In this document: positions 1-10,637 of the stretch, piece after piece
Layout of the letters: each line of letters opens with the position of its first letter
Position numbering within the stretch: the stretch's first letter is position 1
The notes under the pieces: generated by a model
Database searches by the model: none
What the model saw: the letters and a program-made list of their open reading frames with translations, nothing else
Told to the model about the DNA's origin: nothing
Program-made: the position numbers and the translations under genes
NCBI RefSeq assembly: GCF_006345805.1
Contig: NW_021832182.1
Coordinates: 1 to 31,781, forward strand
Length of the DNA: 31,781 bases
From: Octopus sinensis
Lineage: Eukaryota
Direction: 5' to 3'

Positions 1-210
1 ACGTTGAGAAAGAGAACCACTCTACATAAAGAGCAAATCCGTTTCCCGGAATACTGACAAATTCCTCTCAGTGAGCATATAGGAAAATGTTCATGTAACA
101 TCAAAATAAATTTCACAGTCTTCCCTTTCTACCAGTGCAAAGACGCAATCTCTCAACTAGAACGTTTAAATGAAGAATATTTTTCATTGAAAATAAAAAA
201 CACGTCTTAA
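1..210 (+). mobile_element. 3' end of a Penelope-like element (GIY-YIG endonuclease C-terminus), decayed
   Basis: Frame 1 reads TLRKRTTLHKEQIRFPEY*QIPLSEHIGKC, then after a frameshift FTVFPFYQCKDAISQLERLNEEYFSLKIKNTS*. It is clearly homologous to the GIY-YIG tail of the PLE at 6330-6550 (RTTIHKEQIRHPQYRQLQVSEHIERC). Confidence 0.85.
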
Positions 211-516
211 TATCCACGCATAACCAACTTTTATATCTTTTTACATATTTCAGTTCGTGATTACATTACAGTACATAAATCCCCTACTAAACAAGGTTTT
301 TGAAACTTGTGTCTGTCTGTACACATATGTAATCCCCACCTATTACCTAAAGCTCATCAGTTATCTCCCTTACCTACAACAATAACAATAATAACGGCAA
401 CCAATTACCGCCCTTTATTTATCTTCTTGTGAAGTAATTCTCTCGTGAATTTCATCACACACAATATTACAAAATTTCTCCTTAAAAAAAATATATATTC
501 AAATCAGTAAAACATG

Positions 517-551
517 ATATCATGAATAGCGATATCGAAACAGGTCGATAT
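517..551 (+). ncRNA. Very small type I hammerhead ribozyme motif with AUGAAUA core
   Basis: ATATC / ATGAATA / G-CGATAT-C / GAAA-C-AG-G-TC / GATAT. Stem I has 5 perfect pairs, stems II and III are minimal, and the cleavage triplet is GUC. It lies about 310 nt after the PLE ORF end. Confidence 0.65.
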
Positions 552-799
552 ATTAAAAATTATATTAAAACTGTAAGTGTTCGTATTTTCCTTTTTTAAT
601 TTCTTACATACATTACAACTCACAATGAGGGGATAATCGAAATTCCTCTTTTCTGTTACTACAACTACTACTATATATATATATTTCTCTCTATATATAA
701 AACTGAGAATGCGTGTCTATCTGCTGTGTGTTTCCCAAACTTGAGAACTACACAACCAATTTCATTCAAACGTGGGGAATAATCGAAATTTTTCTTTCT

Positions 800-872
800 C
801 GTACTACTACTACTACTATACTACTACTACTACTACTACTAACTACTACTATAACTACTACTACTACTAACC
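800..872. repeat. (CTA)n microsatellite
   Basis: Direct reading of tactactac... repeats. Confidence 0.9.
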
Positions 873-1044
873 TATTTATGTAGGTTATGAGAGGTAATGG
901 TGTCAAGGAAACCCAAATGTGTCAGGTAATGCTGAGTAAGTGCTATGGACAGACTATAGTTAAGCTCCAGGTTCGGTGATTATGCAATGAGGAGTCAAAC
1001 GTAGGTCATATATTACATGCATATAATAAAATTAACAGAAGGAA

Positions 1045-1294
1045 ATAAGATCCAAGGCTGGAAGATTTAAGAACATTTCTAAAGAGAAGACGTTTACAGC
1101 TGTTCCGGGATATTTATGTATCTCTTCATCGGAGACGGTGCGAGAAAATGATTAAGCAATAGATATTCTAGAATAACTATTGCTTAAACATTCTCTCACA
1201 CCGTCTTCGATGAAAGAATATATAAAATATCCCTGGAACAGCTGAAAGACCTCTCTATAAATGTTCTGAAATCTTTCACAGACTTGGACATTTA
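1045..1294. repeat. Imperfect fold-back (palindromic) element, ~250 bp
   Basis: Centre tattcTAgaata at 1164-1175. Arms pair, e.g. cagctgttccgggatattt / aaatatccctggaacagctg and ttcatcggagacggtg / caccgtcttcgatgaa. Confidence 0.85.
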
Positions 1295-1704
1295 TCTGAT
1301 TCATTTATATATATATACATATATATATACACAAACACACACACACGCACACACACACACACACACATATATATATACATAAAAATACATATATGTATGT
1401 ATAAATGCAAGTGTATGTGGTTATCTATGATTACTTACGAATTTCATTTTCAAATTTTTCAATCCCGAATTATAGGTTGTCCATAAATAGTGGACCTGGA
1501 TTCCGTAAAGCTATTTTTCTATATGAATTACCCATTTTCTAGTTTCCCGGCCCGAGAAACAATAGAATACACCCGATGAACAAGTATACTGCTAGTTTAT
1601 ATATTTTTTAAAAATTTTATTTCATTTAGTTTCAGCTCACAACCTGTGGCCATGCTGGGGCACCGCCTTTATATTGGGCACCGCCATATGTATTATATAT
1701 AAGA

Positions 1705-1728
<24 letters not shown>

Positions 1729-1735
<7 letters not shown>

Positions 1736-1839
1736 TGACAGGGCAAGACTGCTAGGTAGTCGGCTACATGCTAGAAATAGATCATCAACGATCAAACTAC
1801 AAAGAAAGTTCTGTAGCAGTCTTGCCCTGTCAATATACA
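1729..1839. mobile_element. Small MITE-like element with 26-bp perfect inverted repeats
   Basis: tgtatattgacagggcaagactgcta (1729-1754) is the exact reverse complement of tagcagtcttgccctgtcaatataca (1814-1839). Confidence 0.7.
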
Positions 1840-1936
1840 CATGTATTAGAATTTTTCTCTGATTTCTCAGATTTTGCATGCTAGACTGCTGATTTTAAAT
1901 TGATATTAAAATAATATTAATTTATCTCCCTAATTA

Positions 1937-1979
<43 letters not shown>

Positions 1980-1993
1980 TTATATATATATAT

Positions 1994-2037
<44 letters not shown>

Positions 2038-2042
2038 TTATA

Positions 2043-2231
2043 TTAGTGAGGGAAGAATTGGAGCTAACGAAGATTTACAAATTCCTTTTTATTATTTTCT
2101 ACATATGTTTTCAATGGCTGCCAAGTCCCTATTCAATCCGAATTAGGGCCTTTGCAGCCTTTGAAACATATGTAGAAAATGATAAAAAGGAATTTGTAAA
2201 TCTTCGTTCAGCTTCATTTCTCCCTCACTAA
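2043..2231. repeat. Fold-back element, ~190 bp
   Basis: Paired arms: tagtgaggga/tccctcacta, acgaagatttacaaattccttttta/taaaaaggaatttgtaaatcttcgt and ttttctacatatgttt/aaacatatgtagaaaa. Confidence 0.9.
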
Positions 2232-2387
2232 ATATATAAAACTTCAATTTTCCGCACTAAGGCATCGGTTGCAATACCCCATGGTCGTGACCTCAACTGT
2301 GATTTTTATGTTGTGATTTTGCTACCCAGGTATCGGTTAAATAATCCGTAACAAGATAATTCATTTATCCATTTCAATTATATATAT

Positions 2388-2425
<38 letters not shown>

Positions 2426-2426
2426 A

Positions 2427-2462
<36 letters not shown>

Positions 2463-2463
<1 letters not shown>

Positions 2464-3305
2464 ACGCGGTAGTATCAAAATTTCACGGACAACTGTATAG
2501 ACGCCAACGCTTGGATGCACACGATTACATGCACGGTGACAGCGAGCAGTGACCTTCATGGGTAGTATGCTGAGTGTATACTTCACACGATGTGGAATTT
2601 GTATTTTTGTGATGACGTGTATGAACAGGACGTGTATGGAAGAATGAACCAACATGAAATTTTACGTAAAAATTGGGAAGTCTGCTATAGAGAGATGGAG
2701 CATTCTTCGGCAAGCTTCTAGCGACGAGACAATGGGTCGTACATAATGTTTCGAGTGCACAGATGCACGACAGAATGACAGCTTAATCAAGAGCATTTTC
2801 AATATTTTTTCTACATCGTTGGTATTGTGCATTGAGAATTCGACCCCAAGTCCAAAAGAGGGATCAACAGCGATATTTAGGGCTTTTTCAAGGATGACAT
2901 TCGAGAAAACTGACTGGGTTTGTGGTGCGCGAATTATGGATTTTTCACGACGACAATGTACTCTGTCACCACACCTCGTGGGTTTCTTGCCAAAAGCAAC
3001 ATGCTATTGCTTCCGTGCATGTCCTATTTGCCAGATTCAGCACCTGGTGACTTCATCTCTTCTCTTCCCCAAGATGAAAATACGGTTCAAAGATCGAGAT
3101 CAATAGGATTTTAACACCGTTGTTGAGATCAAGACGTCTTCAAGAGGCCGGATACCAAAAGTGTCAAGAAAGCTGGATCGGGTGTATTCCAAAAGCTTTG
3201 CGGTGTATTCCTGCACAAGGTGACTTTACCGAAGGAGGACGAAGTTAATATAAGTTAGTTTTATTAAACATAACTCATCCAGGAACATTACGATGCCACT
3301 TTGTA
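2463..3305 (+). mobile_element. Internally deleted mariner-like transposon relic
   Basis: Degenerate translation: MEE*TNMKFYVKIGKSA...CFE (HTH), FHDDN..CH and YLPDSAPGDF..LFPKMK (mariner YSPDLAPxD-like). Diverged TIRs TACGCGGTAGTATCAAAA / revcomp TACAAAGTGGCATCGTAA sit in TA context. Confidence 0.8.
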
Positions 3306-3440
3306 TGTATACGATGGTTTTTGTTGTTACCTTGAACAAATATACACGAGTTTGTTGTGCGTGTAAGCCAGGTACACGCAGTGGGACTGAATACCGTAGA
3401 AAATATTATATCACATTCATGCCAACGCCTAATCGTATGT
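3306..3440 (-). mobile_element. Deleted tRNA-derived SINE head
   Basis: Contains cacgcagtgggactgaa, matching the SINE at 24703-25061. Homologous to 26208-26353. Confidence 0.6.
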
Positions 3441-3456
3441 ACATATATATATATAT

Positions 3457-3525
<69 letters not shown>

Positions 3526-3532
3526 ATATATA

Positions 3533-4400
3533 ACAGGTTGCAATACGAAATTATCACCATTACCTTTTATTTTGCGCATGCACATTCTTTGTTTTTTGAC
3601 TTTGTCGACCACTCAGTATAGTATGATTAGTTGGGTACCGTCTGTGAGAAAAACAGCACCATGGCGTAATTCACTCTGCCAGAAAATTTGGAAACGACAT
3701 GCTGTACTGCTTGGCATCCGTGCCGAAATATCTAATATGAACATTTCAGAGTGTTTGGGTGTCAGTCTGAGGAATGTGCAATCCAAAGACATGTACTCCG
3801 ACTGATAAAAATCAAACATCAAGTCAACATTATGGTGTTTGGAGTGATCACTGGTGATGGTGACATTATGCTTTCATTCACAGTTTTAGACTCAATACGG
3901 AGGCCTACATCAAGTGCTTGGCGGAGGTAGTGTTTCCCTGGAGCAAAGGGATAGCTGATGGAAGATCCTATCTCTGGTAGCAGGAACCTGTACCATGCCA
4001 TACAACCAGGAGAACCCAGCCATTGCGGTCAGACAAATTCTGCGACCACATCACCCCTAAAATCACGCCATCTAACTACCCAGACTGGAAACCCCTTGAT
4101 TATTATGCGTGGGGTGCAGTGACAGAGAGGTCAGCAAAACCCCTTGTAACATCAAAGATAAACTGAATGCAAGGATTATGGCAGTATTCACGAAATTAAA
4201 CAAGGTGACCGTTGAGAGGAGTTGCAGTTGATTCCGAAGCTGACCGGAAGACGTGGCTGAAGCCAATAGTACTTTTATTGAAGACATTTACTTTCAAGAT
4301 ATTTTTCTGTTGTTTTGTAAATATACCTGTTAAAATGGGATGTCAGTGTTATTTTCATTTTTGCATAATTTAGACGACACTATATTTACCGTAACCTGTA
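3533..4400 (+). mobile_element. Tc1/mariner-superfamily DD37D (maT-type) relic, internally deleted
   Basis: WKRHAVLLGIRA, IMVFGVITGDGD and W*QEPVPCHTTRRTQ...NYPDWKPLDYYAWGAV. There are 37 residues between the second catalytic position (decayed to E) and the third D. Ends acaggttg.../...gtaacctgta. Confidence 0.8.
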
Positions 4401-4475
4401 GATATATATATATATGTGTGCGTGTGTGTGTGTGTGTGTGTGCGTGTGTGTGTGTATGTGTGTGTGTTTTGTGTG

Positions 4476-6550
4476 AGGATCCTCCTATAGATGATACACA
4501 AGATAGCAATCCCTCCACACTATCTATCAAAAACCGCATTATCCACATATGGAATGAAAAATTTAGAGCCAGAAAATCTTCTTTCTGGAATACGATTAAA
4601 AACAACCACAAGGCAGAAATCTACGAACGCTGGTTAAACTCTACACCAATAATTTTGCCTCATAAATTCCAATTTAAACGTATTTCAAAGAAGCCGACAA
4701 AGGAAGTGCAGTAGTAGTGATGAATACAGAATACTACAAAAATTTAATACTTTCCATGTTGGAAAATAATACTTACTATGAGAAATTAATACATAACCCA
4801 CGGAAAACACTGAAAAACCTGCCCTCCTTTTCTCCAAATTAATGGAAAGGGTCTCACTAAACTTGAAATAGACTTTTTACCCAATTTTAAATACGGTCCT
4901 AGTCTAATCTACGGATTACCCAAAATACATAGAAATCCACACATTTGTGAAGCCTGCAAAGTCTCTACAAGCCTATGCATTAATGTCCATCCCCCTACTG
5001 ACCTCAAACTGAGACCCATCATAGCTGGCCCTTCTTGTGAAACCCACCGTTTCATAACTTCCTCCACACCTTACTCAAAATGTTTTTTAAAAATATGTGA
5101 AAAAAATCATGTGAAAAGCTTTATCAGGGATGACCTAGACATGCCGAACCACCTCTCGAATACATTGAAGGAAGGAACCCTGCTGGTATCTTTCGATGTG
5201 GTGAATCTGTACACCAATATCCCACACGACTATGGTATAGAAGCAATCACATTCTGGTTAGAAAAATAACCAGAAGAGATCTCAGGACACATTTTCCACA
5301 GATTCATAATCGAAGCACTCAAATTCATCTTGCTGAACAACTATTTCAGATTCGATACAACTTACTATCGACAAAAATGTGGAATTGCAATGGGAACCAG
5401 AGCTGCTGCAGTGATTGCAAACCTTGTAATGGGTTACCTAGAACTTAATTTATACCAATCATCAATACAAAAATATGGGGCCTCTTTTGATTGCTATTTA
5501 AAGGAGAACTGGATGAGGTATTTGGATGATTGCTTCATAATTTAGAAAGACAGCATGGACAAACTCCTTGATTTGAAAGTAATGTTAACAACATACATAG
5601 CAATATTCGATTCACTATGGAACACAATAGTAAACAACTTCCTTTTCTAGACATCTTAATTAAAATAGTTAAAAACCACATAGAAACAGACATCTTTTGT
5701 AAACCCACAGATTCTAAACAATACCTATTATTTAACTCTTGTCACTCCAAACACATAAAAATTAATATACCTTTTAATCTGGCGAAAAGAATCTGTACTA
5801 TATTTTCGGATACATATACTCGTGATCAAAGACTTCTTGAACTTAGATCAACACTATCTAAAAGACATTTCCCAATGTCATTAATAAATGATGGCACTAA
5901 AAGAGCTAAGGAAATAGATATACAAATATTAAGGCAAGCCAGCCGAAATACTAAACCAGACTTAAAAATACTCCCGTACATTTCCACACATAACCCTAGA
6001 AACAACGAAGCCTTCAATATTATCACCCATAATCTTCCCATCCTCACAGGAGACAAAACAACGAACAAAATTTTAAGCTCATACAAAATTATATAAAGCA
6101 AAATGCAACCGAAGTCACAGAAAAAATATTAACCAGCGCAAGAGTATATCCACTAACAACAGAGCCAAAAGGGAAAAAATGTGGTCCTCCTAACTGTGGG
6201 TTCATAATTCCAATTCAAACAAGGTGAAATATTTAAATATCAAATCAAATTTCACCTGGGCCTCGGAAAATCTAATCTCTGCCATGACATGGTAACCACT
6301 ATAATGGACAAACAGGAATAAAACTCCCTTGAAGAACCACCATCCACAAAGAGCAAATCCGCCACCCACAATACAGACAGTTACAGGTTAGTGAACACAT
6401 AGAAAGGTGTGCTAGGAATATTAATCCTAATTTCCAAATCTCCCCCCTCTATCAATGTTCACAGAACACCTAAATGCAACAAAGGTTGAATAAAGAGGCA
6501 ATTTTCATCAAGAAATATCTTCCACAACTGAATAAAAACACACGACTTAA
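4476..6550 (+). mobile_element. Penelope-like retroelement (RT + GIY-YIG), decayed
   Basis: Motifs KEADKGSAVVV, YGLPKIH, LRPIIAGP, LVSFDVVNLYTNIP, GIAMGT, WMRYLDDCFII, LPFLDI, KPTDSKQYL, YNGQTG and RTTIHKEQI. Multiple stops and frameshifts. Confidence 0.95.
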
Positions 6551-6733
6551 TACAGAACACTACTAACCCTTCAATTAACATCGCTAGCCACTGTACATTC
6601 CTTACACCATCCACACTACAATTCTATATCTAACCTTACTGCACAAAATCCAGAACTACTTACCTCCCTTACAAATAATCTTTTTACTCAGGAACTATTT
6701 GACCTGACACCGCTCATTAGCCGGCGTTCATTC

Positions 6734-6773
6734 AAAGCAATGAATAGCTTATGCCGAAAGCATGGTATGTTTT
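6734..6773 (+). ncRNA. Small type I hammerhead motif with AUGAAUA core in the PLE 3' region
   Basis: AAAGCA / ATGAATA / G-CTTATGC-C / GAAA-G-CATG-G-TA / TGTTTT. Stem I has 6 pairs (one G.U), the stem III loop CATG is palindromic, and there is one G.G mismatch in stem III. It lies about 185 nt after the ORF end. Confidence 0.6.
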
Positions 6774-6970
6774 CTGACTCTTTAATTATCTCATAATAAT
6801 GACTTTTATGACTCTCATTACTTCCTCAGTCAATCTAAACGTATATATCTGTCGTTACCTTTCATAAAAAGCTTATTCTTGTTTTATTTACAATGTGCAT
6901 TTTCGTAAATTTTTCATATTATCCCCTTTCATTTCACACTTGTATTTTCTATTTTCTTCTTGATAACATA

Positions 6971-7004
<34 letters not shown>

Positions 7005-7127
7005 CTATATATATATATATATAAGTTCGGGGTGAGTACTTGATAAATGTAAGCACCTGTATATACCGTAGGTGGTTGTAGGTGGTGGAGTAAATTGATC
7101 AAAATAAAATATGATGCCAAGGATTCA

Positions 7128-7205
7128 GCGGTACATATGTTTCGGGCTTTTATTAGACAGATTTATAACAATGCATAATGTATGTCTGTGGCCTTCTTCA
7201 GCCGC
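7128..7205 (-). ncRNA. Type I hammerhead ribozyme motif (pLTR copy 1)
   Basis: Minus strand GCGG / CTGAAGA / A-GGC...GCC-C / GAAAC-ATAT-GTA / CCGC. Canonical core, palindromic stem III loop, GUA triplet. Stem II base is A.C or has an extra A. Confidence 0.8.
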
Positions 7206-9064
7206 GCACAACAACTTCTTCCTCAAGGACATGTGTTACATAAAAAATTATTGGTTGGGGATGCAAATCCTCTCATTCGCGTACGACATAATGCGGCAAC
7301 AGCATAGATTGAAGCGTCCATCTCGTTCTTCTCTCAATGTAGAATGAGGAAATTTGGATGTTGAAGTAATGTAAATCATTAAAATTAATAAATAATATTA
7401 CATATATAGGTATATAAATGCAGATAGACGTGAAGTGACCTGGTAATAAGAGTAAATAGGGGTAAAGATGGAGGGGCGAGAATTCAGGACGAAGGATAAA
7501 AAATATATAAAAAAGTGTAAGTATAGAAAAATATAAAAGTGTAGAGTATGAAGATATAAAGAGATATAAGGAGATATTAAGGGGATATAAAGAATATAAA
7601 AAAATATACATGAATATAAAGGTATAAAGTTATAAAAGTAAAAATAGAAATAGAAATAAAAGTAAAACTAGAAGTAAAAATAGAAATAAAGAATAGAAAT
7701 AAAAATAAAAATGGGAATAAAAATAATAAAAAATGTAAAAGAATATAAGGATAAGGGATTATAGTGGATACGGACCAGACATGGTGGTCAGGAAAATGAC
7801 AAAATCTAGTTGTAGCAGTTTTGGGTGTCAATAAATCAACAGTGGTGTCTGGGGACTTAGTGTATTGTAAATCAGAGTTGTTGATCAGCTAATCTAGTTT
7901 CTCGAATTAAGTGGTCATCATGTACATACATACCCGCATGGGTACATACACCCATATACACGCGCACATATACGCACGCATACACAGCTCCAAGCATATA
8001 AGCATACATACGTACTCACGTGTGAACATATACAGAAACACATATAGACACCCGCACACATGCGCATATATACATACATACAACAGAATATGCGTATATA
8101 TACACGGACATTATACGCGTACATATACATATATACATATATACGCACACACGCACATACACGCATACATGTACACATACACATATGTATACATATATGC
8201 ACATGTATACATATACATACATACACCCATGCACACACCTATATATACATACGTACGTCCATCTTTACATACACATACACAGATGCCCACACATACAGGT
8301 TTAGATATAAGATATTAAAAGATGTATATAAGAACGCATGTAAAGAACCACGCACTCGCGTCTACATGTACACGCACACACAACTGTGTGTCTATATGTG
8401 CGTGTACACATACACTTACATACACATACAGAGACAAACGCGCGTATAGGTATAGCTATAAGATATTAAAAGATGTATACAAATATGTGCATATAAGAAA
8501 TCTGCGAAAACATGTAAAACAACATGTAAAAATTTTTTTAAAATTATTAAAGAAAATTATTAAAGAAAATTCTTAAAGAAGAGTAACGGGGTATGCACAT
8601 CCAGACGTAGATGTTTACTCGTACATACGTACACATATGTATACGTATACACATGTACACGGACGCACGTATAATCATAAAGCGGATCCATAGATATGTA
8701 AATAGGGGAAAATCAAAAAATAGACGTATATAGAGATATAAAGTGATAAGTTAGGGGTAAAAATAGGGGTAAGAATGAGGGTAAGAATAAAAATTAGAAA
8801 TAAAAGTAAGAAATACAATATAAAAAAGAAATACAATATAAAAGTTAGAAATAAAGTATAAAAATTATAAGAACTATAAGAATTAAAATAAGGAATGAAA
8901 ATAAAAATAAGAATAAAGGTAAAACGAAATAGAATAGGATAGGATAAAGTAAAAAAACAACATAATCGGGTAAAGCTTAACATGAGATGGAGGAAAAAAA
9001 ATAAAAGGTGGTTGAATATATACGTACACACACACACACATATACACACACACCACAATATATA

Positions 9065-9127
<63 letters not shown>

Positions 9128-9571
9128 CATATATATATATACACATACATAAGGGCACATATAGGAAAGCGGGATGCGCGGAGCCGACAGGTTGCACCGT
9201 GTGGGAGGAAATTTCATGGGGGAGTTGGTATATAGCCTAAGCTTTGTAGTATTTGAAAGTATTAATAAGTTTGTGTATACAGGATAGTTTGAACTCCGAC
9301 CTTTTGTTAATAAGGTTGTGTTTGTCTTTGAATTTCAAGATATTCAGGAGTTCTACACAACATAGTTGGCATCCTGCTCTATTATATATGTATATATTTA
9401 TTTACATTACTTCAACATCCAAATTTCCTCATTCTACATTGAGAGAAGAACGAGATGGACGCTTCACTTCTATGCTGTTGCCGCATTATGTCGTACGCGA
9501 ATGAGAGGATTTGCATCCCCAACCAAGAATTTTTTATGTAACACATGTCCTTGTGGAAGAAGTTGTTGTGC

Positions 9572-9649
9572 GCGGCTGAAGAAGGCCACAGACATACATT
9601 ATGCATTGTTATAAATCTGTCTAATAAAGGCCCGAAACATATGTACCGC
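9572..9649 (+). ncRNA. Type I hammerhead ribozyme motif (inverted pLTR copy 2)
   Basis: GCGG / CTGAAGA / A-GGCC-acaga...tctgt...-GGCC-C / GAAAC-ATAT-GTA / CCGC. Confidence 0.8.
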
Positions 9650-9681
9650 TGAATCCTTGGCATCATATTTTATTTTGATCA

Positions 9682-9711
<30 letters not shown>

Positions 9712-9716
<5 letters not shown>

Positions 9717-9865
9717 CATACATACAGACATACATACATGCATACATGCATGCATACATACATACATACATACATACATACATACATACATACATGTATA
9801 CATACATACATACTTACATATATACATACATATATACATACATACATACATACATACATACATAC
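9712..9865. repeat. (CATA)n microsatellite
   Basis: Direct reading. It generates the low-complexity H/T/Y/I ORFs. Confidence 0.95.
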
Positions 9866-10596
9866 GTGTGTATGTGGTTTTTTATGCGATTTTAGATCTG
9901 CGAGCCTTTGAAACTTTGCATCCTCGAGTAAAACGAATTTGACTTTTGAAATCCGATTTCCAAGGTAAACATCGTCCATAAAATAGAATAAATGTCATAA
10001 TCCTCCACGTGAAATAACCCAACTTTGAGATCTCAACCTCCCTCACTATATCTTTCACTACCCATGTATCTTATTTGCCATACTATTTGATGCTCTCTCT
10101 CTCTCACTCTCTCTTCTCTCTCCGCTCTCTCTCTCTCTCTGTGAATTAAAAACCAATCATTGCTCTCATTTTGTTTAAAAAATCTCTCCTACTTCTACTT
10201 TTGATACAAGTGTTCACACACACAAACAGCTTAGCTTCCAATCTGGTTTTCTGGGTAAAAATGATAAAACTTCGAACCTCTGATGTGTTTTCTAACTTTT
10301 CTCGAATAAACGAATAAATTTCAAAATTTCCACATACTTTCCAAATTTCAAATTCTGTGACACGAATCGAAAAGTTCGCTCTCTAATTGCTTATTTCTTT
10401 TCATTTTCATAGTAAACTTCTCACACATTATGAAAGTTTACCGCTCACACTAAGTGCATGTCGTGGTTCCACATGTGTGTCGTGTTCCTAATAATATATA
10501 GGTGTGACTGCGTGTGTGGATGTAAGAATGAGTGCGTATTTTTGTGCGTTATTGTGTGTATACGTATGTGCAGAAGAAGATATTTCATTATACTTA

Positions 10597-10637
<41 letters not shown>

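Larger units (their letters stand above)
690..1595 (+). mobile_element. Non-autonomous Helitron-like element (with nested insertions)
   Basis: Starts TCTATATATAAAACTGAGAATG (5' TC terminus) and ends ...gtatactgCTAG|t at 1592-1595, like the CTAG end at 16368-16371. The subterminal hairpin is degenerate, and the pairing of the two ends is inferred. Confidence 0.45.
7091..9686 (-). mobile_element. 5'-truncated Penelope-like insertion with 3' pLTR and inverted pLTR copy at the 5' junction
   Basis: 7091-7376 and 9400-9686 are nearly identical inverted repeats (~286 bp). Minus strand 9237-9374 reads GCQLCCVELLNILKFKDKHNLINKRSEFKLSCIHK..*, the C-x-LC...LNKRSE...C-x-H tail typical of PLE GIY-YIG ORFs. 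Confidence 0.75.

Noticed and set aside
1439-1510. Another 72-nt minus-strand interval bounded by AG/GTAAG
   Set aside because: The acceptor is purine-rich (atagaaaaatag), the phase-2 frame has a stop, the only open frame (LYGIQVHYLWTTYNSGLKNLKMKF) is not an LRR, and it lies inside a repeat.
7577-7905. Minus-strand peptide LINNSDLQYTKSPDTTVDLLTPKTATTRFCHF, faintly like the PLE pre-RT region
   Set aside because: Too short and divergent to support without a profile search.
7911-9235. Multiple H/T/Y/I- and V/C-rich ORFs
   Set aside because: Translations of CA/TA/CATA microsatellites and AT-rich low-complexity DNA.
9880-10460. Interspersed sequence sharing cataaaatagaat...gtgaaa...tctcaa with 15618-15680
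   Set aside because: Probably another Helitron-like non-autonomous repeat, but I could not define its ends or family, so it is not called.
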